Shown one piece after another: positions 1-9,953 of a stretch of DNA of 64,000 nt. How positions within the stretch are numbered: position 1 is the first letter of the stretch; each line of letters begins with the position of its first letter. The notes under the pieces are model-generated. The model had not been told where the DNA came from. It made no database searches and saw nothing but the letters and a program-made list of their open reading frames with translations. A program made the position numbers and the translations under genes. Source of the stretch: Methanothrix sp. (lineage in GTDB: Archaea > Halobacteriota > Methanosarcinia > Methanotrichales > Methanotrichaceae); contig OY821645.1 of assembly GCA_963682135.1 (NCBI GenBank), forward strand, positions 1,408,001-1,472,000, in the 5' to 3' direction.

Positions 1-120
1 ACAGAGGCTGCATTTTATGCATTTCACATGATCGAATACAGGTACGAACGTACGCCAGGCACCAGTCTTTGTTATGCGGGTGCTGCAGGCATCAACCAAA
101 CTCCCGGCTTTTGTTGCCAT
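1..120 (-). CDS. porD: Pyruvate:ferredoxin oxidoreductase delta subunit (partial, runs off window)
   Basis: Manual translation MATKAGSLVDACSTRITKTGAWRTFVPVFDHVKCIKCSLC has the KTGxWR motif and CxxCxxC. The ATG overlaps the porC stop (TAATG). Confidence 0.85.
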   Translation of the reverse strand, partial: MATKAGSLVDACSTRITKTGAWRTFVPVFDHVKCIKCSLC

Positions 121-656
121 TAAGATACCCTCTCGAAGGCGGCTTTGATGGCGAGCAGGTTCTTCTTGCCCAGCTCCCCTTTGAAGCGTTCTGAAATGGC
201 TTTGTTCATGCTCTCCAGACCCACCTCTTTGCTCGCTCCGCAAAATGCTCCCAGCATGGTGGTGTTGACAATAGGCCGCTTTAGAATCTCCATGGCGATC
301 TTGGTAGCGTCGATAGTGATGACCTCTGCATCCGTCTTGAGATTGAGCGCCTTACCAGTCCGATCGGTATTTATTATTATCTTCCCGGTCGATTTAAGTC
401 CTGCCGCCACATCTACCACATCGAGCAAGGTTACATCCTGCACAATGACATAATCCGGCTCATAGATCTGACTTCTGACCCTGATGGGCTTGTCGGCAAT
501 TCTGGCAAAGGCCATTACCGGCGCACCTCTGCGTTCCACTCCAAAGGCCGGAAATGCCTGTGAGAACCTTTTGTCCTCAAAAGCAGCAACGGCAATCATT
601 TCGGCTGCAGTGACCGATCCCTGACCACCACGACCATGTAAGCGTATTTCTTTCAA
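120..656 (-). CDS. porC: Pyruvate/2-oxoacid:ferredoxin oxidoreductase gamma subunit
   Basis: EIRLHGRGGQG, FPAFGVERRGAPV and NTTMLGA motifs. TTG start at 656 with GGAGG upstream. Confidence 0.92.
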   Translation of the reverse strand: MKEIRLHGRGGQGSVTAAEMIAVAAFEDKRFSQAFPAFGVERRGAPVMAFARIADKPIRVRSQIYEPDYVIVQDVTLLDVVDVAAGLKSTGKIIINTDRTGKALNLKTDAEVITIDATKIAMEILKRPIVNTTMLGAFCGASKEVGLESMNKAISERFKGELGKKNLLAIKAAFERVS

Positions 657-825
657 GGGCTGACCTCCAAATAGTTCGCGCTTTCTGTCTACTCTTCTCC
701 GCGAAAAAGTGATGAGTAAATATATCTCTTTCGGAGCCACGGCAAGTTCTTATGTAAGATGCTCTTCTTACACACCAGTTCAAGCCGCCCGGGCACCAGG
801 CTCTTTGGCGTATGAAGGATAGTCT

Positions 826-1509
826 ATGGATAACAGGAATGAAATACTCTTTGCGGTCCGAGAAGCCAAGAGGAACCTAGGGGAAGCAGCAGACTTTCGC
901 GTCGCAGATGCTCTGACCATCTTGGAGGGCATCGCGCCGTTCCTGGATAAGGAAGTTGTCATTGGGATGAAGTGCAAGAGTTGCGATAATTATGCAACTG
1001 CCACATTTCCTCTGAGCCGGGATTTCTGGGCAGTAGATGAAAGCGAATACTGCCATGCCAAAGATGCGTCCCTAAAGAACCTCACTGCTTCCAAGCTGGC
1101 TGGATGCCCCCAATACTCCAGCCAGGCTTCCCGGGATCTGATCGCATTGGGTACAGCCATAATGGAGGAAGATCTGCGGCCTGCTTTTCAGGAGAGAAAG
1201 CTCTATGATCGAAGCAAATTTGCCAGCTATAGTGTGGCCTTTAGGCTGCAATCTTCCCCAGGAAATGTCCGCATTGAACTGGGGCATAGAACCAATGATG
1301 GCTTTGCCTGCAGTGACATAAAGCTCTACATATTAAGAAGGCTGGATCCCGGGTTTGGGGCAGTGGCCTCTCAGAAGATAGCCGAGGCTACAAAGAGCAG
1401 TCCGATCATAGTAGTACAGTCCAGTCTGCAGACAAGAAGACAACTGGACATAGACTACGTGCTGGAATGGATAGCTGAAAAGCGAAAGATGGATATAGTC
1501 TATCTCTAG
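826..1509 (+). CDS. Hypothetical protein with a CxxC motif and further Cys (possible metal binding)
   Basis: 227-aa ORF filling the gap between porC and the PIN-ATPase; no family recognised. Confidence 0.6.
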   Translation: MDNRNEILFAVREAKRNLGEAADFRVADALTILEGIAPFLDKEVVIGMKCKSCDNYATATFPLSRDFWAVDESEYCHAKDASLKNLTASKLAGCPQYSSQASRDLIALGTAIMEEDLRPAFQERKLYDRSKFASYSVAFRLQSSPGNVRIELGHRTNDGFACSDIKLYILRRLDPGFGAVASQKIAEATKSSPIIVVQSSLQTRRQLDIDYVLEWIAEKRKMDIVYL

Positions 1510-1553
1510 CGTTATTCTAGATGATAAATGATGATTAAAGGATGTTTTAGACA

Positions 1554-3368
1554 ATGGCGCAACCGTTAGTGCCAGATACCAGCGTGGTAATTGATGGCAG
1601 AGTCTCTGCCAAGATCAAAGCAGGGGAGCTGCAGGGTCGCAGGATCGTGGTACCTGAAGCAGTGGTAGCCGAGCTGGAAGCTCAGGCCAATCATGGACGA
1701 GATATCGGTCTTAGAGGATTGGAAGAACTAAGGAAGCTCTCTGAACTTGCCAAGACAGGCAAGATCGAGCTGGAATACGTGGGCATCAGGCCCAATTTGG
1801 ACCAAATCAAGCTCGCCGGTGGAGGAGAAATCGACGCCATGATTCGGGATGTAGCCCTGGAACTTGGCGCCTCCTTCCTTACCAGCGATCAGGTTCAGTT
1901 CCGAGTGGCAGAAGCTATGGGCCTGGATGTGGAATACGTCCGCCCGCAACGAGAGGCTATCAAGCCCTTAAGCCTGGAGAAATACTTCACAGAGGATACT
2001 CTTTCCGTGCATCTCAAAGAAGGTGCCATGCCCATGGCCAAACGCGGCCGGGTGGGAGACTTTTCCCTGGTTCGTATAGGAGAGAGGCCGCTATCGGAAA
2101 GAGAGCTAAGAGACCTCTCTCGAGAGATCTACGAGAGGACCAAGGCGGATCCGGAAGGCTATGTGGAGATGGAAAAGATTGGTGCGGCTGTAATTCAACT
2201 AGGGCCCATGAGAATCGCGATAGCCAAACCCCCGTTCTCTGACGGCCTGGAGATAACAGCCGTTCGGCCTGTAGCTAAGGTGAGCTTTGACTCTTACCGC
2301 CATAGCGGCATGCTAAAGGAGAGGCTGAAGGAGAGTCAGAGGGGCATCCTCATCGCCGGCCCGCCGGGATCAGGAAAATCCACCTTCGCCGCAGGAGTTG
2401 CCGAGTATCTCTTAAGCTGCAACTATGTGGTCAAGACCCTGGAATCGCCTCGCGATCTGCAAGTTCCCGACGAGATCACCCAGTACGGGCCGCTGGAAGG
2501 CAGCATGGAAGCCTCGGCAGATATCTTGCTCCTGGTCAGGCCGGACTACACCATCTACGATGAGGTCCGAAAGACGCGCGATTTCCAGGTCTTTGCAGAT
2601 ATGCGATTGGCAGGCGTGGGCATGATAGGTGTGGTGCATGCCAACAAGCCCATCGATGCCTTGCAGCGTCTTCTCGGTCGCGTGGACATGGGCATGATTC
2701 CCCAGGTGGTGGATACGGTGGTCTTCATCGAGAAAGGCGAGGTCACCCATGTCCTGGATGTGGAGTTCGTGGTCAAGGTTCCCGCCGGCATGGTAGAAGC
2801 GGACTTGGCCCGGCCGGTGATTGTGGTCAAGGACTTTGAGACGGGCCAGGCGGAGTATGAGCTATACTCCTATGGCGAGCAGATCGTGGTCATGCCTGTA
2901 TCCAAAGAGAGCCGGAAGCCCGCACCATCCTGGAAGCTGGCCAGTCGGGAGATAGAGAAGGAGATATCGCATCATGTGCGAGGACCCTTCCAGGTGGAGA
3001 TGCTCACCGACTCATCCGCAGTTATCCACGTTCCCCAGGACGAAGCTGCGAGAGTGATTGGCAAGGCCGGCAAGAACATCGATCAGATCGAGAAGAACCT
3101 GGGACTGCACATTGACGTGCGCACTCAAGATGCGCCGGTCCTGGCAACGCCCAAGGTGGAAGAGACGGCCAAGCATCTCATCATCTGGTTAGAGGGCATG
3201 GCAGGAGAGTCTGTAGAGGTCTTCGTAGGCGAGGAGCCAGTCTTCACTGCCACCGTGGGCCGAAGAGGTGATATCCGGGTGGCCAAGTCCTCGGAGATGG
3301 CCAAACGCATCATCAAGCGCATGAAGGTCGGAGAGAAGATCGTGGTGCAAAAGGCAAGCTCGGATTGA
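1554..3368 (+). CDS. PINc/VapC-domain ATPase with C-terminal KH domain (PINA-type)
   Basis: N-terminal PIN (PDTSVVIDG), Walker A GPPGSGKST, DEVR, KH motif VIGKAGKNI. Confidence 0.92.
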   Translation: MAQPLVPDTSVVIDGRVSAKIKAGELQGRRIVVPEAVVAELEAQANHGRDIGLRGLEELRKLSELAKTGKIELEYVGIRPNLDQIKLAGGGEIDAMIRDVALELGASFLTSDQVQFRVAEAMGLDVEYVRPQREAIKPLSLEKYFTEDTLSVHLKEGAMPMAKRGRVGDFSLVRIGERPLSERELRDLSREIYERTKADPEGYVEMEKIGAAVIQLGPMRIAIAKPPFSDGLEITAVRPVAKVSFDSYRHSGMLKERLKESQRGILIAGPPGSGKSTFAAGVAEYLLSCNYVVKTLESPRDLQVPDEITQYGPLEGSMEASADILLLVRPDYTIYDEVRKTRDFQVFADMRLAGVGMIGVVHANKPIDALQRLLGRVDMGMIPQVVDTVVFIEKGEVTHVLDVEFVVKVPAGMVEADLARPVIVVKDFETGQAEYELYSYGEQIVVMPVSKESRKPAPSWKLASREIEKEISHHVRGPFQVEMLTDSSAVIHVPQDEAARVIGKAGKNIDQIEKNLGLHIDVRTQDAPVLATPKVEETAKHLIIWLEGMAGESVEVFVGEEPVFTATVGRRGDIRVAKSSEMAKRIIKRMKVGEKIVVQKASSD

Positions 3369-3529
3369 GCCTGCCTTTTGATCCGAGGATCTTTTTTGCG
3401 CTCATTTTTTCCCTTTCCGCTAAATGCATTTTGCCGGACAAAGCGCCATATTTATGTCCCTTCGTTCGATAACTCTGATTGATTACTACGATTATTATAG
3501 GACTTGAGAAACTTAAGGGGAGGTTAAAG

Positions 3530-4096
3530 ATGATGAAAAAGACAAATATTAATTCTCTGGCAGGCATTATGATGCTCATCTTCCTGGCAACCACTGTGGT
3601 GGCAGTGGATGATCCGCTGAATCCCACGAGCGATGGTGCCCTGCAGGACATAAAAAATACCATGGGGGACGACATCTTCAGCAAGAGTCAGCAGGACCAG
3701 TTAGGCAATGCCACACCAGTGATAACAGGAAAGAATCTTCCCGGCTCTATTGCCAGCTCGCAGTCTTCCCTGCCCAAGGCGAGGCTAATCAGCCCCACCA
3801 GCACCTGGAGCCTGAAGCTGCTGGACAGCCAGGAGCGATCTGTCGCTTTGCAGATGTACCAGTCAAATGACATCGTATTCGGCAAAGGCACAATTGCAGT
3901 AGGAATTAACACTCAAAATGCCATGGCAACCGGGACCGTCACCGGGAATAAGCTGAATCTGGACGTTTTATCCGACGACTTAACGCTCTTTCGTCTTTCT
4001 CTAACCATGAACGGAAAATCACTATCAGGCGACTATCATGGTTACAGCGTCAGCTATGTGCCCTGGAAAGGAATCGCCATGGGAAAGATCAATTAA
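3530..4096 (+). CDS. Secreted hypothetical protein with beta-rich C-terminal domain
   Basis: Signal peptide MMKKTNINSLAGIMMLIFLATTVVA; C-terminal domain paralogous to the next gene. Confidence 0.75.
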   Translation: MMKKTNINSLAGIMMLIFLATTVVAVDDPLNPTSDGALQDIKNTMGDDIFSKSQQDQLGNATPVITGKNLPGSIASSQSSLPKARLISPTSTWSLKLLDSQERSVALQMYQSNDIVFGKGTIAVGINTQNAMATGTVTGNKLNLDVLSDDLTLFRLSLTMNGKSLSGDYHGYSVSYVPWKGIAMGKIN

Positions 4097-4209
4097 AACT
4101 AGCAAGTATTTTTTTTTTGATAAATTTTATTAATATATCGTTGTTTGTCGTATAACCATCAAGCTTATCAACTAATAATTTGATTTCATTCATAAAAGGT
4201 CGATGTATC

Positions 4210-4908
4210 ATGAAATTTAAATTGCTAGTAGTATCATCAATGTTTCTCATTGCCTTCCAGGTTATGATGGCTCTTTGTGCTGATTGGTCCAATCAACAAA
4301 GTCTCAGCGCTGACGAATTGCTAAGCGGAGGAGAAGTTACCGTATATAAGAATCCGACTGGCTTTGCAGCGACACCCCAGGCGCAAAGAGAGCTTGACAA
4401 GAATAAGAGCTCATTGGACTGGACCATGCCCAGCACCCTTACTGGCGGCGGCAACAGCGCTAAGGATTCCAGGACTCAAGCAGAGACGGCCAGTGAAGAA
4501 ACTGCAGCCAGCACAGCCACAGAAGAGACAGCAACATCCGCGAACACATCCGCAGCCACAGATACGGAGCTGCCCCCTGCCCAGCCACAGGTCACCACCG
4601 TGGGTGGAAGCTGGTATTTTACGCTCAATGACAGTCTGGAGAGAGATCTGGCCATGGTCCTCTTCCAGAATGGAAATGATGTCTTTGGAGCCGGCAAGAT
4701 CAAAGAGGGCAACAGCACACTGGATGTAACGGTATCAGGCAGCGTTGCAGATTCAGCCTTAGATCTAAATGTAGTCTCCCTGGGAACCATCAGCCTCTAC
4801 AAGCTCAAGCTCGATCTGAGCGAAGATTGGGCCAGCGGAGAGTACCAGGCATTTTCCTCGGGCAGCGACTCCTGGACAGGAAGCGCCGAGGGCGAGAAGA
4901 CGGCTTAG
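4210..4908 (+). CDS. Secreted hypothetical protein with Thr/Ala/Ser/Glu linker and beta-rich domain
   Basis: Signal peptide; shares a W-x-[LF]-x-L-x-DS-x-ER...Q...VFG-x-G-x-I pattern with 3530-4096. Confidence 0.75.
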   Translation: MKFKLLVVSSMFLIAFQVMMALCADWSNQQSLSADELLSGGEVTVYKNPTGFAATPQAQRELDKNKSSLDWTMPSTLTGGGNSAKDSRTQAETASEETAASTATEETATSANTSAATDTELPPAQPQVTTVGGSWYFTLNDSLERDLAMVLFQNGNDVFGAGKIKEGNSTLDVTVSGSVADSALDLNVVSLGTISLYKLKLDLSEDWASGEYQAFSSGSDSWTGSAEGEKTA

Positions 4909-5006
4909 TTGAGATGCGAATCAAGTGCCGGGATACCGGCACCTGTTTATCTATTTTATGAGCACCGAAAGCGATATGAGAAGAGAAGCACGAGCATAAA
5001 CGGATT

Positions 5007-7652
5007 ATGTCCAAGCTCTCTCCTCTCATGGAGCAGTATTACCGGGAAAAAAAGCTGTACCCGGATGCATTGCTGCTATTTCGGGTGGGCGACTTTTACG
5101 AGACCTTTGCCGAGGATGCCGTTGTCGTCGCCCGCGATCTGAACATCACTCTCACCTCCCGCCAAAAGGACGACGAAGGGAACAAAATCCCGCTGGCAGG
5201 CGTTCCCTACCATGCTCTGGAGGTCTACCTGGCCAAGCTCATCCGGGCAGGGCACAAGGTAGCCATCTGCGATCAGGTGGAGGACCCCAAGCTGGCCAAA
5301 GGGCTGGTAAAGAGGGAGATCACTCGCGTGGTGACACCAGGCACAATAATTGAGCCAGCCATGCTCGACGAAGCCAGCAACAATTTTCTCGCCTCAGTAG
5401 TACAGGACGGGGACAAGATAGGGCTGGCTTTTGTGGACGTCTCCACGGGAGAGTTTCTGACCACAGAGATTGCTGCCGAGCGGCTATCTTCCGAGATGGC
5501 CAAGTTTCGGCCTGCGGAATTGGTCGCATCTTTTCCTGTGGATTGGCAGGGAAGCAGTCTGCAGATTCTGGACGAGGCTGCATTCTCAAAGGAAAGCACA
5601 TCCTCCGCCCTGGTGAGCCGCTTTGGTCCCGACTGGAAAGAGCGGCTGCAGCTCTCGGACCGGCCCCTTGCCGCCCGCGCCTCTGGCGCCATTCTCACCT
5701 ACCTGCACTCCGCTCATTTCGATGCTCTGGGGCACCTGCATGACATTCGCTTCTACAGCGCCGCCGAGTTCATGGTCCTGGACGAAGTCACCTTGCGCAA
5801 TTTAGAGATCGTCCGCAACATCCGGGACCGCTCTCGGAGAGGAACGCTGCTGGAGTTCCTGGCCCGGACAAAGACCCCCATGGGGGCACGCACCCTGGCC
5901 CGCTGGATCCAGATGCCTCTGCTTTCCCTGGAAGCAATCGACCGAAGGCATCAGGCAGTAGAAGAGCTCTGCAATAATCCCGTGCTGCGGGAAAGCCTGA
6001 CAGAGGAGCTGAAGGGCGTATGTGATTTGGAGAGGCTGATGAGCAGGGTTACCTGCCGCTCTGCCGGTCCCAAAGAGCTGGTGGTGCTGAAGAGCACACT
6101 GGCAAGGCTGCCCAGGCTGCAAGAGATCCTGGAGGACGGCGCATCACCCTACCTGGTCGAGCAACACGGTCGGCTCAGCCCCTGTGGAGATATCGTCTCT
6201 CTCCTGGAAAGATCGATAGTTGAAGACCCGCCCACCCATCTGCGAGACGGCGGCGTGATCAAAGACGGCTACGACGGCAGGATCGACGAGCTTCATACTC
6301 TCTTGCGGGACGGAAGGGGCTGGATTGCCCGCCTGGAGGCTTCCGAGAAAGAGAAGACAGGCATCAAATCTCTCAAGATCTCCTACAACAACGTCTTCGG
6401 CTATTATCTGGAGGTCACCCGAACAAACCTGCATCTTGTGCCGCAGGAGTATATCCGCAAGCAGACCCTGGCAAATGTGGAGCGTTTCATCACCCCGGAG
6501 CTGAAAGAGATGGAAGCAAAGGTCCTATCCGCCCAGGAGATGTCCATATCTCTCGAGCAGGAGATCTTTGCCGACCTGTGCAGCCAAATAGCAGCCGCGG
6601 CCCGCACCATCCAAGAGAAGGCCACAGCGCTGGCCGAGCTGGACGTAGTTGTGGCTCTGGCCAATGTGGCCTCTGAGAGTGGTCTCGTGAGGCCCCAGTT
6701 CAACAATGAGGGCAAGCTGTTCCTGCGAAGCCTCAAGCATCCTGTTCTGGATAGAAGCATGCGAGGCGGCTTTGTGCCCAACGATGTGCTCCTGGATAGT
6801 GATCATAACCGTTTTATAATTCTCACCGGCCCCAACATGGCAGGAAAATCCACCTTCATGCGCCAGATAGCCCTGGCGGTAATCCTGGCCCAGGCAGGCT
6901 CCTTTGTGCCCGCCGCTTTCGCCTCCCTGTGCCTCGTCGACCGCATCTTCACCCGTGTGGGAGCTTACGACGATCTATCTGCCGGGCAGAGCACCTTCAT
7001 GGTAGAGATGACGGAGCTGGCCACCATCCTCGCCGCAGCGAGCAGGGACAGCCTGGTGCTGCTCGACGAGGTGGGGAGAGGCACCAGCACCTTTGACGGC
7101 CTATCCTTAGCCTGGGCGATATCCGAGTATCTGCACAGCACTATCAAATGCAAATCGGTCTTTGCCACTCACTACCATCAACTCACGCAGCTGGAAGGCA
7201 TCCTGCCGGGGGTGAAGAACTACAGCATCGCCGTAAAGGAGGAGAAAGGGAGCATCACCTTCCTGCGCACTGTGGTGCCCGGAGCCACAGACAAGAGCTA
7301 CGGCGTGCATGTGGCCCGCCTGGCCGGAGTGCCGGAGGCCGTGACAAAGAGGGCGGACCAGATTCTAAAGGAGATAGAGAAAGAAGCGGTGATTGAGCCA
7401 CTGTCAGGGAATAAAAAAAGCAGGAAGTCATCCCAGTACACCCAGCTCATATTCTTCGATGCGCCTACACCGGAAGGAAAGGCAGAATGCGAAGTGGGAA
7501 AGATACTTCAGCCCCAAAAGGATGATGTAATTCTGCAAGAGATACGGGCTCTGGAGATTGATTCCATGACGCCTCTACAGGCGCTAAACCGTCTTGTCGA
7601 ATACCAGAGGCGTCTGGGAGAGAAAAGAGGTGAAAGCCATGGCCCGGATTAG
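5007..7652 (+). CDS. mutS: DNA mismatch repair protein MutS
   Basis: FRVGDFYETF, TGPNMAGKST, STFMVEM, DEVGRGTST, ATHYH. Confidence 0.97.
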   Translation: MSKLSPLMEQYYREKKLYPDALLLFRVGDFYETFAEDAVVVARDLNITLTSRQKDDEGNKIPLAGVPYHALEVYLAKLIRAGHKVAICDQVEDPKLAKGLVKREITRVVTPGTIIEPAMLDEASNNFLASVVQDGDKIGLAFVDVSTGEFLTTEIAAERLSSEMAKFRPAELVASFPVDWQGSSLQILDEAAFSKESTSSALVSRFGPDWKERLQLSDRPLAARASGAILTYLHSAHFDALGHLHDIRFYSAAEFMVLDEVTLRNLEIVRNIRDRSRRGTLLEFLARTKTPMGARTLARWIQMPLLSLEAIDRRHQAVEELCNNPVLRESLTEELKGVCDLERLMSRVTCRSAGPKELVVLKSTLARLPRLQEILEDGASPYLVEQHGRLSPCGDIVSLLERSIVEDPPTHLRDGGVIKDGYDGRIDELHTLLRDGRGWIARLEASEKEKTGIKSLKISYNNVFGYYLEVTRTNLHLVPQEYIRKQTLANVERFITPELKEMEAKVLSAQEMSISLEQEIFADLCSQIAAAARTIQEKATALAELDVVVALANVASESGLVRPQFNNEGKLFLRSLKHPVLDRSMRGGFVPNDVLLDSDHNRFIILTGPNMAGKSTFMRQIALAVILAQAGSFVPAAFASLCLVDRIFTRVGAYDDLSAGQSTFMVEMTELATILAAASRDSLVLLDEVGRGTSTFDGLSLAWAISEYLHSTIKCKSVFATHYHQLTQLEGILPGVKNYSIAVKEEKGSITFLRTVVPGATDKSYGVHVARLAGVPEAVTKRADQILKEIEKEAVIEPLSGNKKSRKSSQYTQLIFFDAPTPEGKAECEVGKILQPQKDDVILQEIRALEIDSMTPLQALNRLVEYQRRLGEKRGESHGPD

Positions 7653-9366
7653 ACTTCTAGATGCAGATACTATCAATAAGATCGCCGCCGGAGAGGTCAT
7701 CGAGCGGCCCGCTTCCGTGGTCAAGGAGCTGGTGGAAAACTCCATCGACGCCGGAGCCGGCAAGGTGCTCATTGAGCTTGGCGACGGGGGAAAGAGCTTC
7801 ATCAAGATAACCGATGACGGCTGCGGCATAGATGCCCAGGATCTGCCCTTGGCCTTTCAAAAGCATGCCACCTCCAAGATCAGCGGGGCCAAAGATCTGG
7901 ACAATATCGCCACCCTGGGATTTCGGGGTGAGGCCCTGGCCAGCATTGCCAGCGTCTCTCGGAGCGTCGAGGTAAAAACCAAGACGCGAGGGTCGCTCTC
8001 CGGCACTTACCTGCGCATGGAGGGCGGCAAGATTGCCGAGGTCAAGGAGATCGGCTCTCCGGTGGGCACCACCATCACCGTCTGGGATCTCTTCTACAAT
8101 GTTCCCGCCAGAAAAAAGCACCTCAAAGGGGTGGAGGCGGAGATCGTCCACATCACAGATACAGTTACGGAGCTGGCCCTCATCCACTACGGCATCTCCT
8201 TCGAGCTATTCTCAGGCAAAAAAACCATCTTCAAGTCCGCAAAATCATCCAGCTGGGATGATGTGCTCTTCCGGCTCTTCGGCCTGAAGACCTTGAAAGG
8301 CATGGCCCGGCTGGAGGGGACAGGGCAAGGCTGGAGCCTCTCCGGCGTCGTCGGAGATCCCCTGGCGGTGCGAAGCAGCCCGGACAGGATATTCATCTTT
8401 GTTAACGAAAGAGCGGTCTACTCTCGGGCCCTCTCTGCTGCGGTGCGGGAAGCCTATCGAAATATCATTCCCCAGGGAAAAAGCCCGGTTGCCGTCATCT
8501 CCCTGCAGATAAGGCCGGAGCTGGTGGACGTGAATGTTCACCCGGCCAAGAGAGAGATCCGCCTCTTGCATGAGGAGGAGATCGCCAGCGAGCTTACGCG
8601 GGCCGCGGCCAGGGCGCTGGAGGAGCATGCCCGCTCTGCACCGGCAGGTATACCGGAAGGGGTATCGGATGAAATGTCGAGCGAAGGTGAAGCCATAGCG
8701 CCGCTGCGCCAATCCACCATCGCACAAAGTTTTGATCAGAGTACTCTTCCTCTCGACCCGGTGGAAGAGGAGCCTGCCCCGCAGCAGCCCGGTCCCAGTC
8801 TGCGTATCCTTGGCCAGATCAAGAAGCTATACATCGTCGCCGAGGGCCAGGAGGGACTGGTGCTCATCGACCAGCATGCCGCAGCAGAGCGCATTCGTTT
8901 TGAGATGCTGCAAGAACGCTACCAGAACAAAAAGATCCGTCAGGAACTGGCCGAGCCCATCTCCCTGGAGCTATCCCCAAGCGAGATAATCATGATGACC
9001 TCCTGGCGGGAGACGCTGCAGGAGATTGGCTTTGATGTCGCGCCCTTTGGGGGAAACACCTACACCATCCGGGCCGTTCCCGCCCTGGGCCGAAGGCTGG
9101 AGAGCGCAGATGCGGTGCATGACATCCTCAGAGACCTTTTCTCCCAGGGAAAGGCAAGCCCTAACTCGTCCAATAAAGATGAGATCCTCAGGCTTCTGGC
9201 CTGCCGGGGCTCTATCAAATCTGGAAAAGAGCTGAGCTTTGCTGAGATGAAAAAGCTTGTCGATGACCTGCACCACTGCAATAATCCCCTCACCTGCCCG
9301 CACGGCAGGCCGGTGATGGTGACGATGGGCCAGAACCAGCTGGAGCGGCTCTTTGGAAGGAGATAG
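7639..9366 (+). CDS. mutL: DNA mismatch repair endonuclease MutL
   Basis: IAAGEVIERPASVVKELVENSIDA, GFRGEAL, endonuclease motif DQHAAAERIRFE, CPHGRP. Confidence 0.97.
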   Translation: MARIRLLDADTINKIAAGEVIERPASVVKELVENSIDAGAGKVLIELGDGGKSFIKITDDGCGIDAQDLPLAFQKHATSKISGAKDLDNIATLGFRGEALASIASVSRSVEVKTKTRGSLSGTYLRMEGGKIAEVKEIGSPVGTTITVWDLFYNVPARKKHLKGVEAEIVHITDTVTELALIHYGISFELFSGKKTIFKSAKSSSWDDVLFRLFGLKTLKGMARLEGTGQGWSLSGVVGDPLAVRSSPDRIFIFVNERAVYSRALSAAVREAYRNIIPQGKSPVAVISLQIRPELVDVNVHPAKREIRLLHEEEIASELTRAAARALEEHARSAPAGIPEGVSDEMSSEGEAIAPLRQSTIAQSFDQSTLPLDPVEEEPAPQQPGPSLRILGQIKKLYIVAEGQEGLVLIDQHAAAERIRFEMLQERYQNKKIRQELAEPISLELSPSEIIMMTSWRETLQEIGFDVAPFGGNTYTIRAVPALGRRLESADAVHDILRDLFSQGKASPNSSNKDEILRLLACRGSIKSGKELSFAEMKKLVDDLHHCNNPLTCPHGRPVMVTMGQNQLERLFGRR

Positions 9367-9430
9367 AAGTGCCGGTGGGACTCATTTGCGGTCCTCCGGA
9401 TCTTTGGTAACTCCCGCAGGCGCTCTCTAG

Positions 9431-9745
9431 CTAGCAGCGGAACTTAACGCCCCGGTTACTGCGCATGCAGTAGCCAATGGCCAGAATCATCTCCAGGCTG
9501 TAGAAGTCCACCAGCCGCTCAACCTGGCGGATGCCCTCGGTTTGAACTAACCGGAATTTCCGGATAGTTGCCTCTGGGATCTGCTCATGGTCGCTGTAGA
9601 TGTTGATGATATGCTCGCGGATGGTGCGCGTCGATACCTGGTAAAGCTCAGCCAAGAGCCTCGGCTGAGCCAGACGGTACCGTCCTGCAGCCGAACCTGA
9701 ATTCTGGATTTGCCATACTCGGTCTGGTAGAAGATGATCCCATAC
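9431..9745 (-). pseudogene. RhuM-family DNA-binding protein fragment, frameshifted and truncated
   Basis: IIFYQTEYGKSRIQVRLQDGTVWLS, a frameshift near 9660, then AELYQVSTRTIREHIINIY...ATIRKFRLVQTEG...FYSLEMILAIGY...GVKFR and a premature stop. Confidence 0.85.
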
Positions 9746-9953
9746 AGGCGCAACTGCGCCCTAGTTCGAACTAATCGGAATTTCCGAATAGTTGCCCCTT
9801 GAGATAATTTTTGAAAGCTGTAGATGAGGCAGCGGGCTTCGTTGATGGTCGGCACTAACATTAGATAAAAATCAGCCAGAGGCTCAGCCTGCAATTGCCA
9901 GAAAAGAAAGCCTCGCCAAATACTTTACTACAAGTGAGAAACAACTCCGCCCC

